Source: Vibrio cholerae ATCC 14035
Lineage (GTDB): Bacteria; Pseudomonadota; Gammaproteobacteria; Enterobacterales; Vibrionaceae
Assembly: GCF_000621645.1 (NCBI RefSeq)
Contig: NZ_KK211323.1
Span: forward strand, 62,723 to 94,722
Direction of reading: 5' to 3'
Length of the DNA stretch: 32,000 bases
The notes below the pieces were generated by a model. The model was not told the origin of the DNA, made no database searches, and was given only the letters and a program-made list of their open reading frames with translations. Below are positions 7,900 to 17,389 of this stretch, one piece after another; within the stretch, counting starts at the first letter, position 1; each line of letters starts with the position of its first letter. The translations under genes and the position numbers were made by a program.

Positions 7900-8814
7900 T
7901 TATTGTGATGCCGTAAGGAGCTGATTAAAGGCTCGATCAATGCGTGAATAGTGGAACTGAAAGCCAAGGTCGGTCAGTTTTTTCGGCTTGGCTCTAATGC
8001 TATCGAGCAGCAATTCAGAGGCTTCACCCAATAACATTTTTATGAGCCATTGCGGCGTTTTAAAAAGGTGCGGACGCTTCAATGTGGTGGCTAATGTGAG
8101 GCTGAATTCGGCATTGGTCACAGGATGTGGGGCACAAAGGTTATAAGGACCTTGAGCGTGTTCGGTTTCAAGCAGAAAAAGGATGGCGCGCACCATATCC
8201 TGCATATGGATCCAAGGCATGTATTGTTGCCCATCTCCAATCGGCCCTCCTAACCCGAGTCGATAAGGGGGAAGCATTTTTTTGAGTGCCCCACCTTCCG
8301 GTGCTAGCACGATTCCTGTACGTAATAAACAGACCCGCGTCTGTTCAGATTGTGCTTTGAGGGCGCGCTGTTCCCACTGTTGGCAAACTTGGTGAGAAAA
8401 ATGGTCACTTCTTACCTGAAGGCTCTCATCAAAGGCATGCTGTTGTTGGTCGCCATAAAAACCCACGGCAGATCCACTCAAAAATACGGCGGGTGGGTGA
8501 GCGCTAGCGTGAATTTTCTCGACTAATTGTTCCGTGATGTCTAGGCGACTACGGGCAATACGCTGCTTTTGGCTTTTGCTCCAGCGTTTATCGGCAATCG
8601 GTTCTCCGGCAAGATTGATGATGGCATCTATCCCGTTGAAATCAGAGAGCTCGTCTAACGAGCGCAGTAATTGCAGATTCTGACTTGGAATGTGCGCAAA
8701 GCGCTGAGCGGCTTTGGTTAGGTCACGCGTGAGAACCAGCAGCTCATGACTACTGAGCAACTTTATCAGCTCAAAACCGACAAATCCGGTTCCTCCAGTA
8801 ATTAAAATTCTCAT
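7900..8814 (-). CDS. yfcH: Epimerase-family protein YfcH (atypical SDR with DUF1731-type C terminus)
   Basis: MRILITGGTGFVG Rossmann motif, about 300 aa, with a C-terminal KLTDLGFQFHY typical of the YfcH/SDR39U1 family. SD AAGGAG lies 5 nt before the ATG. A 42-nt gap to ybbO suggests co-transcription. Confidence 0.8.
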   Translation of the reverse strand: MRILITGGTGFVGFELIKLLSSHELLVLTRDLTKAAQRFAHIPSQNLQLLRSLDELSDFNGIDAIINLAGEPIADKRWSKSQKQRIARSRLDITEQLVEKIHASAHPPAVFLSGSAVGFYGDQQQHAFDESLQVRSDHFSHQVCQQWEQRALKAQSEQTRVCLLRTGIVLAPEGGALKKMLPPYRLGLGGPIGDGQQYMPWIHMQDMVRAILFLLETEHAQGPYNLCAPHPVTNAEFSLTLATTLKRPHLFKTPQWLIKMLLGEASELLLDSIRAKPKKLTDLGFQFHYSRIDRAFNQLLTASQ

Positions 8815-8865
8815 GGTGACTCCTTGTGTGAAGCGGGTTCGGTGATTCGAACTATACCTTTTTTA

Positions 8866-8975
8866 CTTGAAGTTGCCGCGGTGCAGGCTACGCTTGATCA
8901 CCCAATCACATAGTTTATCTATGCTCATGGTGATTTCTCACTTGCCGCCTACCTGAAACTCCAAGTCGTTTGGGT
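8866..8975. repeat. ERIC/IRU-type intergenic imperfect palindrome, full-length copy 3
   Basis: cttgaagttgccgcggtgcaggctacgcttgatcacccaatcacatagtttatctatgctcatggtgatttctcacttgccgcctacctgaaactccaagtcgtttgggt is collinear with copy 2 over its whole length. Confidence 0.8.
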
Positions 8976-9068
8976 ATAACGCAGTATTGAAATAGTGAAG
9001 AGTGAAAGGGGGCTTTGTCAAATCTGGCTCATGGGTTATGCGGGCATTTACCCGTTTATCCTGCTCAA

Positions 9069-9117
9069 TTTGAAGCGGTATCAGTTCCTTATTTAAGATC
9101 GTAGCGCTGTTGGCTAG
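9069..9117. repeat. ERIC-derived left-arm fragment with an internal insertion
   Basis: tttgaagcgg...(about 25 nt)...agcgctgttggctag. The first 10 nt equal the copy-1 left end. The last 15 nt differ at one position from copy 5 (agcgctgctggctag). No right arm is present. Confidence 0.4.
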
Positions 9118-9228
9118 GTTTATTCATCCTAAGATAGAGTTTGTTTACGGTGAGTTGGGTGACAAAACAACGGTGCACGGTAGAAAAGAAAGCCTTACAA
9201 TTACCCAGTGTTTTTTAAGAGGTTAACC

Positions 9229-9777
9229 ATGAAACTATTTTTTGTCTCAGATCTGCATGGTTCTTTATCTGCGACCGAACAAGCACTTGCGCTTTATCAA
9301 GCATCGGGGGCGCAATCTCTGATTTTGTTGGGCGATGTATTAAATCACGGGCCACGTAATCCTATCCCGCAAGGGTACAACCCTGTAGCCGTCGCTGAAA
9401 AATTGAATCAGTTTGCTCAGCAGATCATTGCTGTGCGTGGGAACTGTGATAGTGAAGTCGATCAGATGCTGTTGAGTTTTCCTATGATGAGTGACTCAGC
9501 ATGGGTACTGTTAAGTTCAGGGCGACGCTTACTTTTAACGCATGGGCATCTTTACCATAAAGATAAGCTGCCGCCGCTTAGCGATGGGGATGTTTTGGTG
9601 CATGGCCACACGCACATTCCTGTGGCCGAACAAGTTGGCTCAATATACCTAGTTAACCCGGGTTCTATGACGTTTCCCCGCGGTGAGTATGCCGCGAGCT
9701 ATGGCGTGCTGGAAGGCGATACAATGAAGGTGATATCGGTTGCTGGCGAAACGCTGGCCAGTTGCCTCCTTCAATAA
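9229..9777 (+). CDS. yfcE: Metallophosphoesterase YfcE (MJ0936-family phosphodiesterase)
   Basis: From the ATG at 9229 (SD AAGAGG upstream): MKLFFVSDLHGS, GDVLNHGPRN, VRGNCD, LTHGH, HGHTH. This is the full metallophosphatase motif set in a 182-aa protein, close to E. coli YfcE in size. The track start at 9208 adds 7 codons. Confidence 0.85.
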   Translation: MKLFFVSDLHGSLSATEQALALYQASGAQSLILLGDVLNHGPRNPIPQGYNPVAVAEKLNQFAQQIIAVRGNCDSEVDQMLLSFPMMSDSAWVLLSSGRRLLLTHGHLYHKDKLPPLSDGDVLVHGHTHIPVAEQVGSIYLVNPGSMTFPRGEYAASYGVLEGDTMKVISVAGETLASCLLQ

Positions 9778-9803
9778 ATCTAAAGTTCGACATCCCCTTG
9801 CGA

Positions 9804-9852
9804 CTTGAAGCTGCAGCGGTGTTGGCCGTATTTTATTCTGAGTCGTTTGGGG
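9804..9852. repeat. Short (arm-only) ERIC derivative, copy 4
   Basis: cttgaagctgcagcggtgttggccgtattttattctgagtcgtttgggg. The left arm is nearly identical to copy 2, and the right flank tcgtttgggg matches copies 2 and 3. The central core is missing. Confidence 0.7.
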
Positions 9853-9857
9853 ATCGC

Positions 9858-10151
9858 TTAACTTTGCGTAGAAGAGGGGCGATCAACATGCCCAAGATCG
9901 CGCTCAGGATCAATTAAATCACGCACTCTTTGCTTCAGCACTTTGGCTTCTGGAAATCCCCCTTCCTGTTTACGTTCCCAAATCTGCACGCCATTACAAA
10001 AAATCTCGAAGCGTCCGCCCGTATCGGGGTGCAGGGCGACATACTCAATCTCTTCGCTGAAGGTATGCAGTAGCTCCTGACTCAGCCAGGCAGACCGCAG
10101 CATCCAATTGCATTGGCGGCAGTAATAAATCTCGATTTGGGCTTTGTTCAT
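9858..10151 (-). CDS. Rdx-family (SelW/SelT/SelH-like) thioredoxin-fold protein with a CxxC motif
   Basis: From the ATG at 10151 (SD AAGGA 7 nt upstream): MNKAQIEIYYCRQCNWMLRSAWLSQELLHTF...GGRFEIFCNGVQIWERKQEGGFPEAKVLKQRVRDLIDPERDLGH. This is the typical bacterial SelW-like pattern, with CRQC in place of CxxU. The track start at 10223 would overlap toxS. Confidence 0.8.
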   Translation of the reverse strand: MNKAQIEIYYCRQCNWMLRSAWLSQELLHTFSEEIEYVALHPDTGGRFEIFCNGVQIWERKQEGGFPEAKVLKQRVRDLIDPERDLGHVDRPSSTQS

Positions 10152-10191
10152 CGTGACGTCCTTGTTATGTCCTATTCTACGCTCAGTCAGG

Positions 10192-10713
10192 TTAAGAATT
10201 ACTGAACAGTACGGTAGAACCATGACTTAAGCTGGTAAAGAGAATGGTTCTTTCGTTAACAATGTCGACTCGACGACTTTGTTGTGCATCCATCTTGAAC
10301 AGTTGAGTAATCAGCTGCAATTGCTCGTCAGTAAAGTCTTTGCTTTGGTTTGACGAAATATCTTTAAACTCGACTGGCGTAACCAAAAGGTAATTATCGC
10401 TGATATCCCATTCACCAAATTCGGAGATATTAATGACGCTTTCTGCACTATTGTCATCGGAAAATAGCTTTACGATTGAAACCCGTAAATAAGTGCCATT
10501 AGGCAGATATTTCACATTGGAAGTGACGTCTACCCGACTGAGTGGCCCCATAGCCGGGCGGTTGCTGTTGGTCTTAATCAGAGAGACCATTTTGGACTGC
10601 CATTCTCGAGAGGTTAACACTTGCTCAAGCTTGAAGTCACTCCCCCAATATAACCAGCTACTGAGCAGCAGAGAGAGCAGAAGAATACCCATGGCGATGT
10701 GTCTATTTTGCAT
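10192..10713 (-). CDS. toxS: ToxS, periplasmic partner and stabiliser of ToxR
   Basis: 173 aa. MQNRHIAMGILLLSLLLSSWLYWGSDFKLEQVL... has a single N-terminal TM segment. It starts 9 nt after the toxR stop. It matches remembered V. cholerae ToxS in sequence and size. Confidence 0.93.
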   Translation of the reverse strand: MQNRHIAMGILLLSLLLSSWLYWGSDFKLEQVLTSREWQSKMVSLIKTNSNRPAMGPLSRVDVTSNVKYLPNGTYLRVSIVKLFSDDNSAESVINISEFGEWDISDNYLLVTPVEFKDISSNQSKDFTDEQLQLITQLFKMDAQQSRRVDIVNERTILFTSLSHGSTVLFSNS

Positions 10714-10722
10714 AGCAAGATC

Positions 10723-11607
10723 CTACTCACACACTTTGATGGCATCGTTAGGGTTAGCAACGATGCGTAAGGTTATGTTTTCCCCTGAAACTTCAGGGCT
10801 GTGAATGTAATTCAGCGTTAACTGGTTATTTTGTCCACCAGTGGCAATCACTTCTATCGGCTTGAGTCCACCAGTATGTTTTTCATTGTATTTTTTAACG
10901 CACAGTTCGATTGACGGTAGCCAATTTGAAAGATCAGGGTGGTTATTCGGCATATTGACGGCTACGCCATCGACAACCGTTAGGGGTTTAAAGCTGGATT
11001 GGCTTGGGTTAGTGAGCAGTAATACTGCGAGGGGAAGTAAGACCGCTATCAGAATAAACAGTCGATTCCCCAAGTTTGGAGCCGATTTATTCGCCACGAC
11101 ATTGGCTGGCTGCGGTGTGTTCACTACAGTGGCTGATGAAGGCACACTGCTTGATTCTGCGTATTCATTGACAGATTCTGGCTGAGAGATGTCATGAGCA
11201 GCTTCGTTTTCGCGAGCCATCTCTTCTTCAACCGTTTCCACTCGGGCGATCAATTGGTAACCGCGCTTCGGAACCGTTTTGACGTATTGTGGGGACTTTG
11301 TCGAATCTTTGAGCATTTTGCGCAGAGTCGAAATGGCTTGGGTTAAGCTGGAATCATCGACTTCAAAACCTTGCTCTCGCCAAACAAAGTCATGCAAATC
11401 ATTGCGAGAAATCACCTCGTTTGGACGTTGGGCCAGCAGCCAAAGAATTCGGCTTTCGTTGCTGCCTAATCGAATGATCTCTTCACTATCTTCTTTGTCA
11501 ATCAGAGTATTGCTTAGGGGATCGAAGGTAAATTTTTCAGCAAGAATGAATTTAGTACCAATATGACTCATCGATATCTCTTTTGAGTTGTGTCCTAATC
11601 CGAACAT
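10723..11607 (-). CDS. toxR: ToxR, membrane-bound winged-helix (OmpR-family) virulence regulator
   Basis: 294 aa. MFGLGHNSKEISMSHIGTKFILAEKFTFDPLSNTLIDKEDSEEIIRLGSNESRILWLLAQRPNEVISRNDLHDFVWR... has TM segment LFILIAVLLPLAVLLL and a periplasmic domain ending NPNDAIKVCE. It matches V. cholerae ToxR as I remember it and is divergent from htpG. Confidence 0.95.
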   Translation of the reverse strand: MFGLGHNSKEISMSHIGTKFILAEKFTFDPLSNTLIDKEDSEEIIRLGSNESRILWLLAQRPNEVISRNDLHDFVWREQGFEVDDSSLTQAISTLRKMLKDSTKSPQYVKTVPKRGYQLIARVETVEEEMARENEAAHDISQPESVNEYAESSSVPSSATVVNTPQPANVVANKSAPNLGNRLFILIAVLLPLAVLLLTNPSQSSFKPLTVVDGVAVNMPNNHPDLSNWLPSIELCVKKYNEKHTGGLKPIEVIATGGQNNQLTLNYIHSPEVSGENITLRIVANPNDAIKVCE

Positions 11608-11733
11608 CTAATGTCCCAGTATCTCCCTGTCCCAACACTCAGACTTTACTGGTTTTTTTATCTTCTTTGATAAAAATGCAGACTTAGAATAATCCAATCT
11701 CGATCAAAAAACAGTGTTTTTATGAGTTTTGAC

Positions 11734-11761
11734 CTTGAATTTACATTTTTTGTCCATATCT
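11734..11761 (+). promoter_or_regulatory. Candidate sigma-32 (heat-shock) promoter of htpG in the toxR-htpG divergent region
   Basis: CTTGAAT (11734-11740), N13, CCATATCT (11754-11761), compared with the sigma-32 consensus CTTGAAA-N13/14-CCCCATNT. It lies about 75 nt upstream of the htpG ATG. A heat-shock promoter overlapping the toxR promoter is described in the literature. The exact assignment here is by eye. Confidence 0.5.
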
Positions 11762-11834
11762 CACTTGCACATCAAGGTAATTCCATTGAGTCTCAATGGA
11801 TCAATTGTTTGAAACAGAAGTAAACGGAGCGATT

Positions 11835-13742
11835 ATGAGCGAGACTGCAACCACTAATAAAGAAACGCGTGGTTTTCAATCGGAAGTTAAACAACTGCTG
11901 CACCTGATGATTCACTCTTTGTACTCCAACAAAGAAATTTTCCTGCGTGAGTTGATTTCTAACGCCTCCGATGCCGTTGATAAGTTGCGTTTTCAAGCGC
12001 TTTCTCATCCTGATCTCTATCAGGGCGACGCTGAATTAGGCGTAAAACTCTCTTTTGATAAAGACAAAAATACGTTGACCATTTCGGATAACGGGATCGG
12101 TATGACCCGTGATGAAGTGATCGAAAACTTAGGTACGATTGCTAAATCGGGTACGGCTGAATTCTTCTCAAAACTTTCTCAAGAGCAGTCTAAAAACTCG
12201 CAGCTCATTGGTCAGTTTGGGGTGGGTTTTTACTCGGCTTTCATCGTGGCGGATGCGGTGACGGTGCGGACTCGCGCTGCAGGTAGTGCACCAGCAGATG
12301 CAGTACAGTGGTACTCAAAAGGTGAGGGCGAGTACACGGTTGAAACTATCAATAAAGAGTCTCGTGGTACAGACATCATTTTGCATCTGCGTGAAGAAGG
12401 TAAAGAGTTTTTGTCCGAATGGCGTTTGCGCGATGTGATTTCCAAATACTCTGATCACATCGGTATTCCTGTCTATATCCAAACCTCAGTGATGGATGAA
12501 GAAGGGAAAGCGACAGAAGAAACCAAATGGGAGCAGATCAACAAGGCTCAAGCTCTGTGGACGCGTGCTAAATCGGAAGTTACCGATGAGGAATATAAAG
12601 AGTTCTACAAGCATGTATCACACGATTTTGCTGATCCACTCGTGTGGAGTCATAACAAAGTCGAAGGTAAAAATGACTACACCAGCTTACTTTACATTCC
12701 TGCTAAAGCGCCTTGGGATCTGTTCAATCGTGAACATAAGCATGGTTTAAAACTGTATGTGCAACGCGTCTTTATTATGGATGATGCGGCGCAATTCATG
12801 CCTTCTTATCTGAGATTCGTACGTGGTTTGATTGACTCAAACGATCTGCCGCTCAACGTATCGCGTGAAATTCTGCAAGATAACAAGATCACTCAGTCAC
12901 TGCGCCAAGCTTGTACTAAGCGCGTATTGACTATGCTTGAGCGCATGGCGAGCAATGATGCTGACAATTACCAGAAATTCTGGAAAGAGTTTGGCTTGGT
13001 GATGAAAGAAGGTCCGGCAGAAGATTTTGCTAACCGCGAGAAAATCGCTAGCTTGCTGCGTTTTGCCTCTACTCATATCGATTCGGCAGAGCAAACCATC
13101 AGCCTTGCTTCTTATGTCGAGCGCATGAAAGAAGGTCAAGACAAGATCTACTATCTGACGGCAGACAGCTATACCGCTGCGAAAAACAGCCCACACTTGG
13201 AGCAGTTTAAGTCAAAAGGGATTGAAGTCATTCTGATGTTTGATCGCATTGACGAATGGTTGATGAATTATTTGCCAGAGTTTGAGGGTAAAGCGTTCCA
13301 GTCCATCACCAAAGCAGGCTTGGATCTCAGCCAGTTCGAAGATGAAGCCGAAAAAGAGAAACATAAAGAGACGGAAGAGCAATTTAAGTCTGTGGTTGAA
13401 CGCCTCAAAGGCTATTTAGGTAGCCGAGTGAAAGAGGTTCGTACCACATTCAAACTGGCTAACACACCAGCAGTCGTGGTGACCGATGATTATGAAATGG
13501 GTACCCAAATGGCGAAACTATTGGCCGCAGCCGGCCAGCCTGTGCCTGAAGTGAAGTACATCCTTGAAGTTAACCCTGAACATGCTTTGGTAAAACGCAT
13601 GGCGGATGAAGCGGATGAGCAAACTTTTGGCCGTTGGGCGGAAGTGCTACTGGGTCAAGCTATGCTTGCCGAACGTGGCTCGATGGAAGATCCATCACAA
13701 TTCTTAGGTGCAGTAAACCAACTGCTTGCACCTAGCCACTAA
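11835..13742 (+). CDS. htpG: Hsp90-family chaperone HtpG
   Basis: From the ATG at 11835 (SD GGAG 5 nt upstream): [47 protein letters not shown]... is collinear with E. coli HtpG to the C terminus (635 aa). The track start at 11796 adds 13 codons. Confidence 0.95.
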   Translation: MSETATTNKETRGFQSEVKQLLHLMIHSLYSNKEIFLRELISNASDAVDKLRFQALSHPDLYQGDAELGVKLSFDKDKNTLTISDNGIGMTRDEVIENLGTIAKSGTAEFFSKLSQEQSKNSQLIGQFGVGFYSAFIVADAVTVRTRAAGSAPADAVQWYSKGEGEYTVETINKESRGTDIILHLREEGKEFLSEWRLRDVISKYSDHIGIPVYIQTSVMDEEGKATEETKWEQINKAQALWTRAKSEVTDEEYKEFYKHVSHDFADPLVWSHNKVEGKNDYTSLLYIPAKAPWDLFNREHKHGLKLYVQRVFIMDDAAQFMPSYLRFVRGLIDSNDLPLNVSREILQDNKITQSLRQACTKRVLTMLERMASNDADNYQKFWKEFGLVMKEGPAEDFANREKIASLLRFASTHIDSAEQTISLASYVERMKEGQDKIYYLTADSYTAAKNSPHLEQFKSKGIEVILMFDRIDEWLMNYLPEFEGKAFQSITKAGLDLSQFEDEAEKEKHKETEEQFKSVVERLKGYLGSRVKEVRTTFKLANTPAVVVTDDYEMGTQMAKLLAAAGQPVPEVKYILEVNPEHALVKRMADEADEQTFGRWAEVLLGQAMLAERGSMEDPSQFLGAVNQLLAPSH

Positions 13743-13761
13743 GTCCTTGCTATCGCATCTT

Positions 13762-13786
13762 AAGCCCGCTTCGGCGGGCTTTTTTC
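13762..13786 (+). terminator. Rho-independent terminator of htpG
   Basis: Stem aagcccgc (13762-13769) pairs with gcgggctt (13774-13781) around a ttcg tetraloop, followed by a T-run. Confidence 0.85.
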
Positions 13787-14024
13787 TGCCTTTGAGCTAT
13801 CGAAGGACGGATTAGTGACTAAACAGGTGAATGGCTGTTTTGCGTCAGTATCATGAGGTCTATCTCAATTTTACCCATCACATTCTTTAGTCTTAGAGCG
13901 GTATGCCAAACGATTTCTGTGATAGAATGCGGCACTTGAATGTGGTCATTAACGCGTGTATTTTTGCACGCCAGCTCGCTGTGCGGGCTGTTCTGTCTGT
14001 TATACCGAAACTTACCGTGAGTAT

Positions 14025-14052
14025 TTGCAAGCGCTGTGAGCTTCGGTATAAA
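14025..14052 (+). promoter_or_regulatory. Candidate sigma-70 promoter of adk
   Basis: TTGCAA (14025-14030), 16 nt, TATAAA (14047-14052), located 25 nt upstream of the adk ATG. Pattern match only. Confidence 0.4.
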
Positions 14053-14073
14053 AATCAATTAGTATGAGGATAA

Positions 14074-14721
<648 letters not shown>

Positions 14722-14760
14722 TCATTATTGTGATGTGCTGATTGCATTGATAGGTGAAAT

Positions 14761-14786
14761 AAAGCGGCAGTAAAGCCGCTTTTTTT
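14761..14786 (+). terminator. Rho-independent terminator of adk
   Basis: Stem aaagcggc (14761-14768) pairs with gccgcttt (14775-14782), with a T7 run to 14786. Confidence 0.8.
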
Positions 14787-14847
14787 ATAAACTTTTTACC
14801 AGAAAGAGACGTAATAACGTATTCAACAGTGCATTTTGAAGGAAGCC

Positions 14848-15810
14848 ATGAATAATCATAAAAAACTTGGCATTTTGCTTGCCAACTTAGGTACTCCGCA
14901 AGCGCCAACCTCTCAAGCGGTAAAAGCGTTTTTGAGCCAATTTCTGCATGATCAGCGAGTGGTAGACATGAGTCGTTGGTTATGGTGCCCCCTTTTACAT
15001 GGCATTATCTTGCCAACGCGATCGCCTAAGGTGGCTAAGCTGTATCAATCAATCTGGATGGATGAGGGATCGCCTTTGATGGTCTACTCTCGACGTCAAC
15101 GCGATAAATTGGCAGAGCTTAGCCAACGGCCTGTTGAGCTAGGGATGACCTACGGAGAGCCGAGTTTATTGGAGGGTGTACGCAAGTTGCAGCAACAAGG
15201 TGTTGAACAGATAGTGGTGCTGCCGCTTTATCCGCAATATTCCGCGACGACAACGGCGGCGGTGTTTGATGGTCTCGCCAAAGCGTTGCGTCAGTTACCT
15301 GTAGTCCCTGAATTGCACTTTATTCGTGATTATCATGACCATCCACTCTATATCCAAGCCCTCGCGAAAAGCGTTCGTGCTTCATGGCAACAACATGGAC
15401 AAGGTGATCTGTTACTCTGCTCTTACCATGGTATTCCCAAACGTTATGCGCAAAATGGCGATATCTACCCAGAGCATTGCCTAAAAACCACAGAGTTATT
15501 GGCTCAAGCATTAGGATTGCCTCAAGATAAAGTCATGATGACTTACCAATCTCAGTTTGGTAAGGAAGAGTGGCTGCAGCCATACACGGACAAGACGATG
15601 GAAGCGCTTCCTCGCCAAGGCATTAAAAAGCTTGATGTTATTTGCCCTGCCTTTTCAGTGGACTGCTTAGAAACGCTGGAAGAAATTGCTGAGCAGAACC
15701 AAGAAATCTTTTTGCACAGTGGTGGCGAAGCGTTCCACTATGTCCCCTGTTTGAATGACAGTCAGAGCCACATTGAGCTGATGGCCGCGCTGGTTAAAGC
15801 CCATTGTTAA
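14848..15810 (+). CDS. hemH: Ferrochelatase
   Basis: From the ATG at 14848 (SD GAAGGAAG upstream): [40 protein letters not shown]...LPLYPQYS...SYHGIP... The protein is 320 aa, as in E. coli HemH. The track's start at 14836 is a TTG four codons upstream. Confidence 0.93.
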   Translation: MNNHKKLGILLANLGTPQAPTSQAVKAFLSQFLHDQRVVDMSRWLWCPLLHGIILPTRSPKVAKLYQSIWMDEGSPLMVYSRRQRDKLAELSQRPVELGMTYGEPSLLEGVRKLQQQGVEQIVVLPLYPQYSATTTAAVFDGLAKALRQLPVVPELHFIRDYHDHPLYIQALAKSVRASWQQHGQGDLLLCSYHGIPKRYAQNGDIYPEHCLKTTELLAQALGLPQDKVMMTYQSQFGKEEWLQPYTDKTMEALPRQGIKKLDVICPAFSVDCLETLEEIAEQNQEIFLHSGGEAFHYVPCLNDSQSHIELMAALVKAHC

Positions 15811-15847
15811 GCTTCAACGTGAGCGAGTCATGCATAAAGCAGCCATA

Positions 15848-15878
15848 CAAAAACAGCGCCTCATTCGGCGCTGTTTTC
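15848..15878. terminator. Bidirectional rho-independent terminator between convergent hemH and the POT transporter gene
   Basis: Perfect 10-bp stem aaacagcgcc (15851-15860) pairs with ggcgctgttt (15867-15876). It is flanked by an A-run on the left and a T-run on the right. Confidence 0.8.
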
Positions 15879-15907
15879 AGTTCCACGGCGTATTTATGAT
15901 TCCATCT

Positions 15908-17389
15908 TTATTGCGTCACCAGCTCTAACGGCTCTGATTCACCGCGGCAGATGCGAGTCAGCTTAGGTGCAATCATGAAGGTGACGATGGCAATTCCGGC
16001 TGTCACATAACCAATTTGCGCAAATACCTCACCATAAATATGCAGTGATTCGGTGGCGCCAGACACATTAGCCGGCGTTGAAGTCAGGCTAGCGACCCAA
16101 CCTGCAATGACCGCGGCAGAGGCCGAAGTGAGGAACCACATACCCATTGCAAAACCCATCATACGTTGTGGTACCAATTGCGCGACCATCGCTAAACCAA
16201 GACCAGAGACTAGGAGTTCACCGATGGATTGGAAAGCATAACTTGCGATAAGCCAGTTTGAGCTAATGATGCCTTGTTCGTTAGCAAACAAGGTTCCCCA
16301 GCTTAATACTAAGAAAGAGAGCGCACATAAAGCCATCCCGAAAGCGAACTTGAAAGGCATCGCCAATTTATCTCCCAGTTTGCCGTAAGTCGCCGCCAAA
16401 ATAGGGCTAGCAATCATAATCCAAAACGGGTTGAGCGCTTGAAACTGCTCTGGCGCGACATCAAAACCAAAGATATGGTGCTCAACGTTATTGATAGCAA
16501 AGAAATTCAGTGAAGTTGGCATTTGGAAATAGAGTACGAAAAACACTACACCTTGCAGCATCAAGATGAAGGCAACCAGCATTTTGGCGCGTTCAATGCC
16601 AGACATAGAGAACGCTTCTTTAAAATAACATCCCAGAATAAACAGACCCGCAACAACCAAAATACCGTGTGCTAGGGTGAGGTTTTGTAGTAAGTAGCTA
16701 CACACTAGGCTGGCAATGATAGAACCCACGGCGACAAGAACCAGATACATTTTATTCACCGGCATAAGATCGGCTGGAGAGCCTGTGCCTTTTAACATGC
16801 GTAAGCAAAATAGGAAGTTCACCACAGTGATGGCAAGGCCGACTGCACTCACCCCAAATGCCATTCCATAGCCCATCTTGATTGCTACAAGTGGAGTAAT
16901 GATCATTGAGAAGAAAGAGCCTAAATTGATCGCCATGTAGTACATGGTGAAAGCACCATCTAAGCGAGGATCATTCTCTGGGTAAATTTTTGCAAGTAGA
17001 CTCGAAGGGTTTGCTTTGAACAAGCCGTTACCAACCGTAATAAAGCCCATAGCGATGTAGATTAACGTTGGCCCAACCAGCGGATGATCTGCGGTGGAGA
17101 GTCCAAGCAGAACATAACCAAGCATCATGACAATCGCGCCGAGAGTAATAGCACGTTTTGTTCCAATGACTTTATCGCCGATCCAACCGCCAATCGCGAC
17201 AAAGCCGTACACTAACGCTGAAAAGGCACCGAAGAGTACGAAAGAAGCGGACTCATCCATGCCCATAATTTTGACCATGTAAACCGTCAGAATGGCTTGC
17301 ATACCGTAGAAGCCAAATCGTTCCCAAAATTCGATAGAGAAGATCAAATAGAAGGCATTCGGTTGTTTAAAGATATTAAGGTTGGACAT
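15908..17389 (-). CDS. dtpA: Proton-dependent di/tripeptide transporter (POT/PTR2 family, DtpA/DtpB-like)
   Basis: From the ATG at 17389 (SD AGGA 6 nt upstream): MSNLNIFKQPNAFYLIFSIEFWERFGFYGMQAIL...GNGLFKANPSSLL...DPRLDGAFTMYYM...MPTSLNFFAINNVEH... These are the PTR2 signature motifs, and the protein is collinear with remembered E. coli DtpA. DtpA versus DtpB cannot be decided without an alignment. The track start (TTG at 17452) is rejected. Confidence 0.85.
   Translation of the reverse strand: MSNLNIFKQPNAFYLIFSIEFWERFGFYGMQAILTVYMVKIMGMDESASFVLFGAFSALVYGFVAIGGWIGDKVIGTKRAITLGAIVMMLGYVLLGLSTADHPLVGPTLIYIAMGFITVGNGLFKANPSSLLAKIYPENDPRLDGAFTMYYMAINLGSFFSMIITPLVAIKMGYGMAFGVSAVGLAITVVNFLFCLRMLKGTGSPADLMPVNKMYLVLVAVGSIIASLVCSYLLQNLTLAHGILVVAGLFILGCYFKEAFSMSGIERAKMLVAFILMLQGVVFFVLYFQMPTSLNFFAINNVEHHIFGFDVAPEQFQALNPFWIMIASPILAATYGKLGDKLAMPFKFAFGMALCALSFLVLSWGTLFANEQGIISSNWLIASYAFQSIGELLVSGLGLAMVAQLVPQRMMGFAMGMWFLTSASAAVIAGWVASLTSTPANVSGATESLHIYGEVFAQIGYVTAGIAIVTFMIAPKLTRICRGESEPLELVTQ

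Noticed and set aside
8838-8856. ggttcggtgattcgaac, reminiscent of a tRNA T-arm (GGTTCGAATCC).
   Set aside because: No acceptor, D or anticodon arms can be built around it. It is a small isolated hairpin in the yfcH leader region.
14000-14051. Perfect 10-bp inverted repeat ttataccgaa ... ttcggtataa (32-nt spacing) embracing the putative adk -35 and overlapping the -10, as an operator or attenuator.
   Set aside because: A rough estimate gives about one such 10-bp inverted repeat with spacing of 50 nt or less by chance in 32 kb. Without conservation data it is not distinguishable from chance.
13819-14058. 79-aa minus-strand ORF in the htpG-adk spacer.
   Set aside because: No SD, no recognisable motif, and it overlaps the likely adk promoter. 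The spacer is better explained as adk regulatory DNA.
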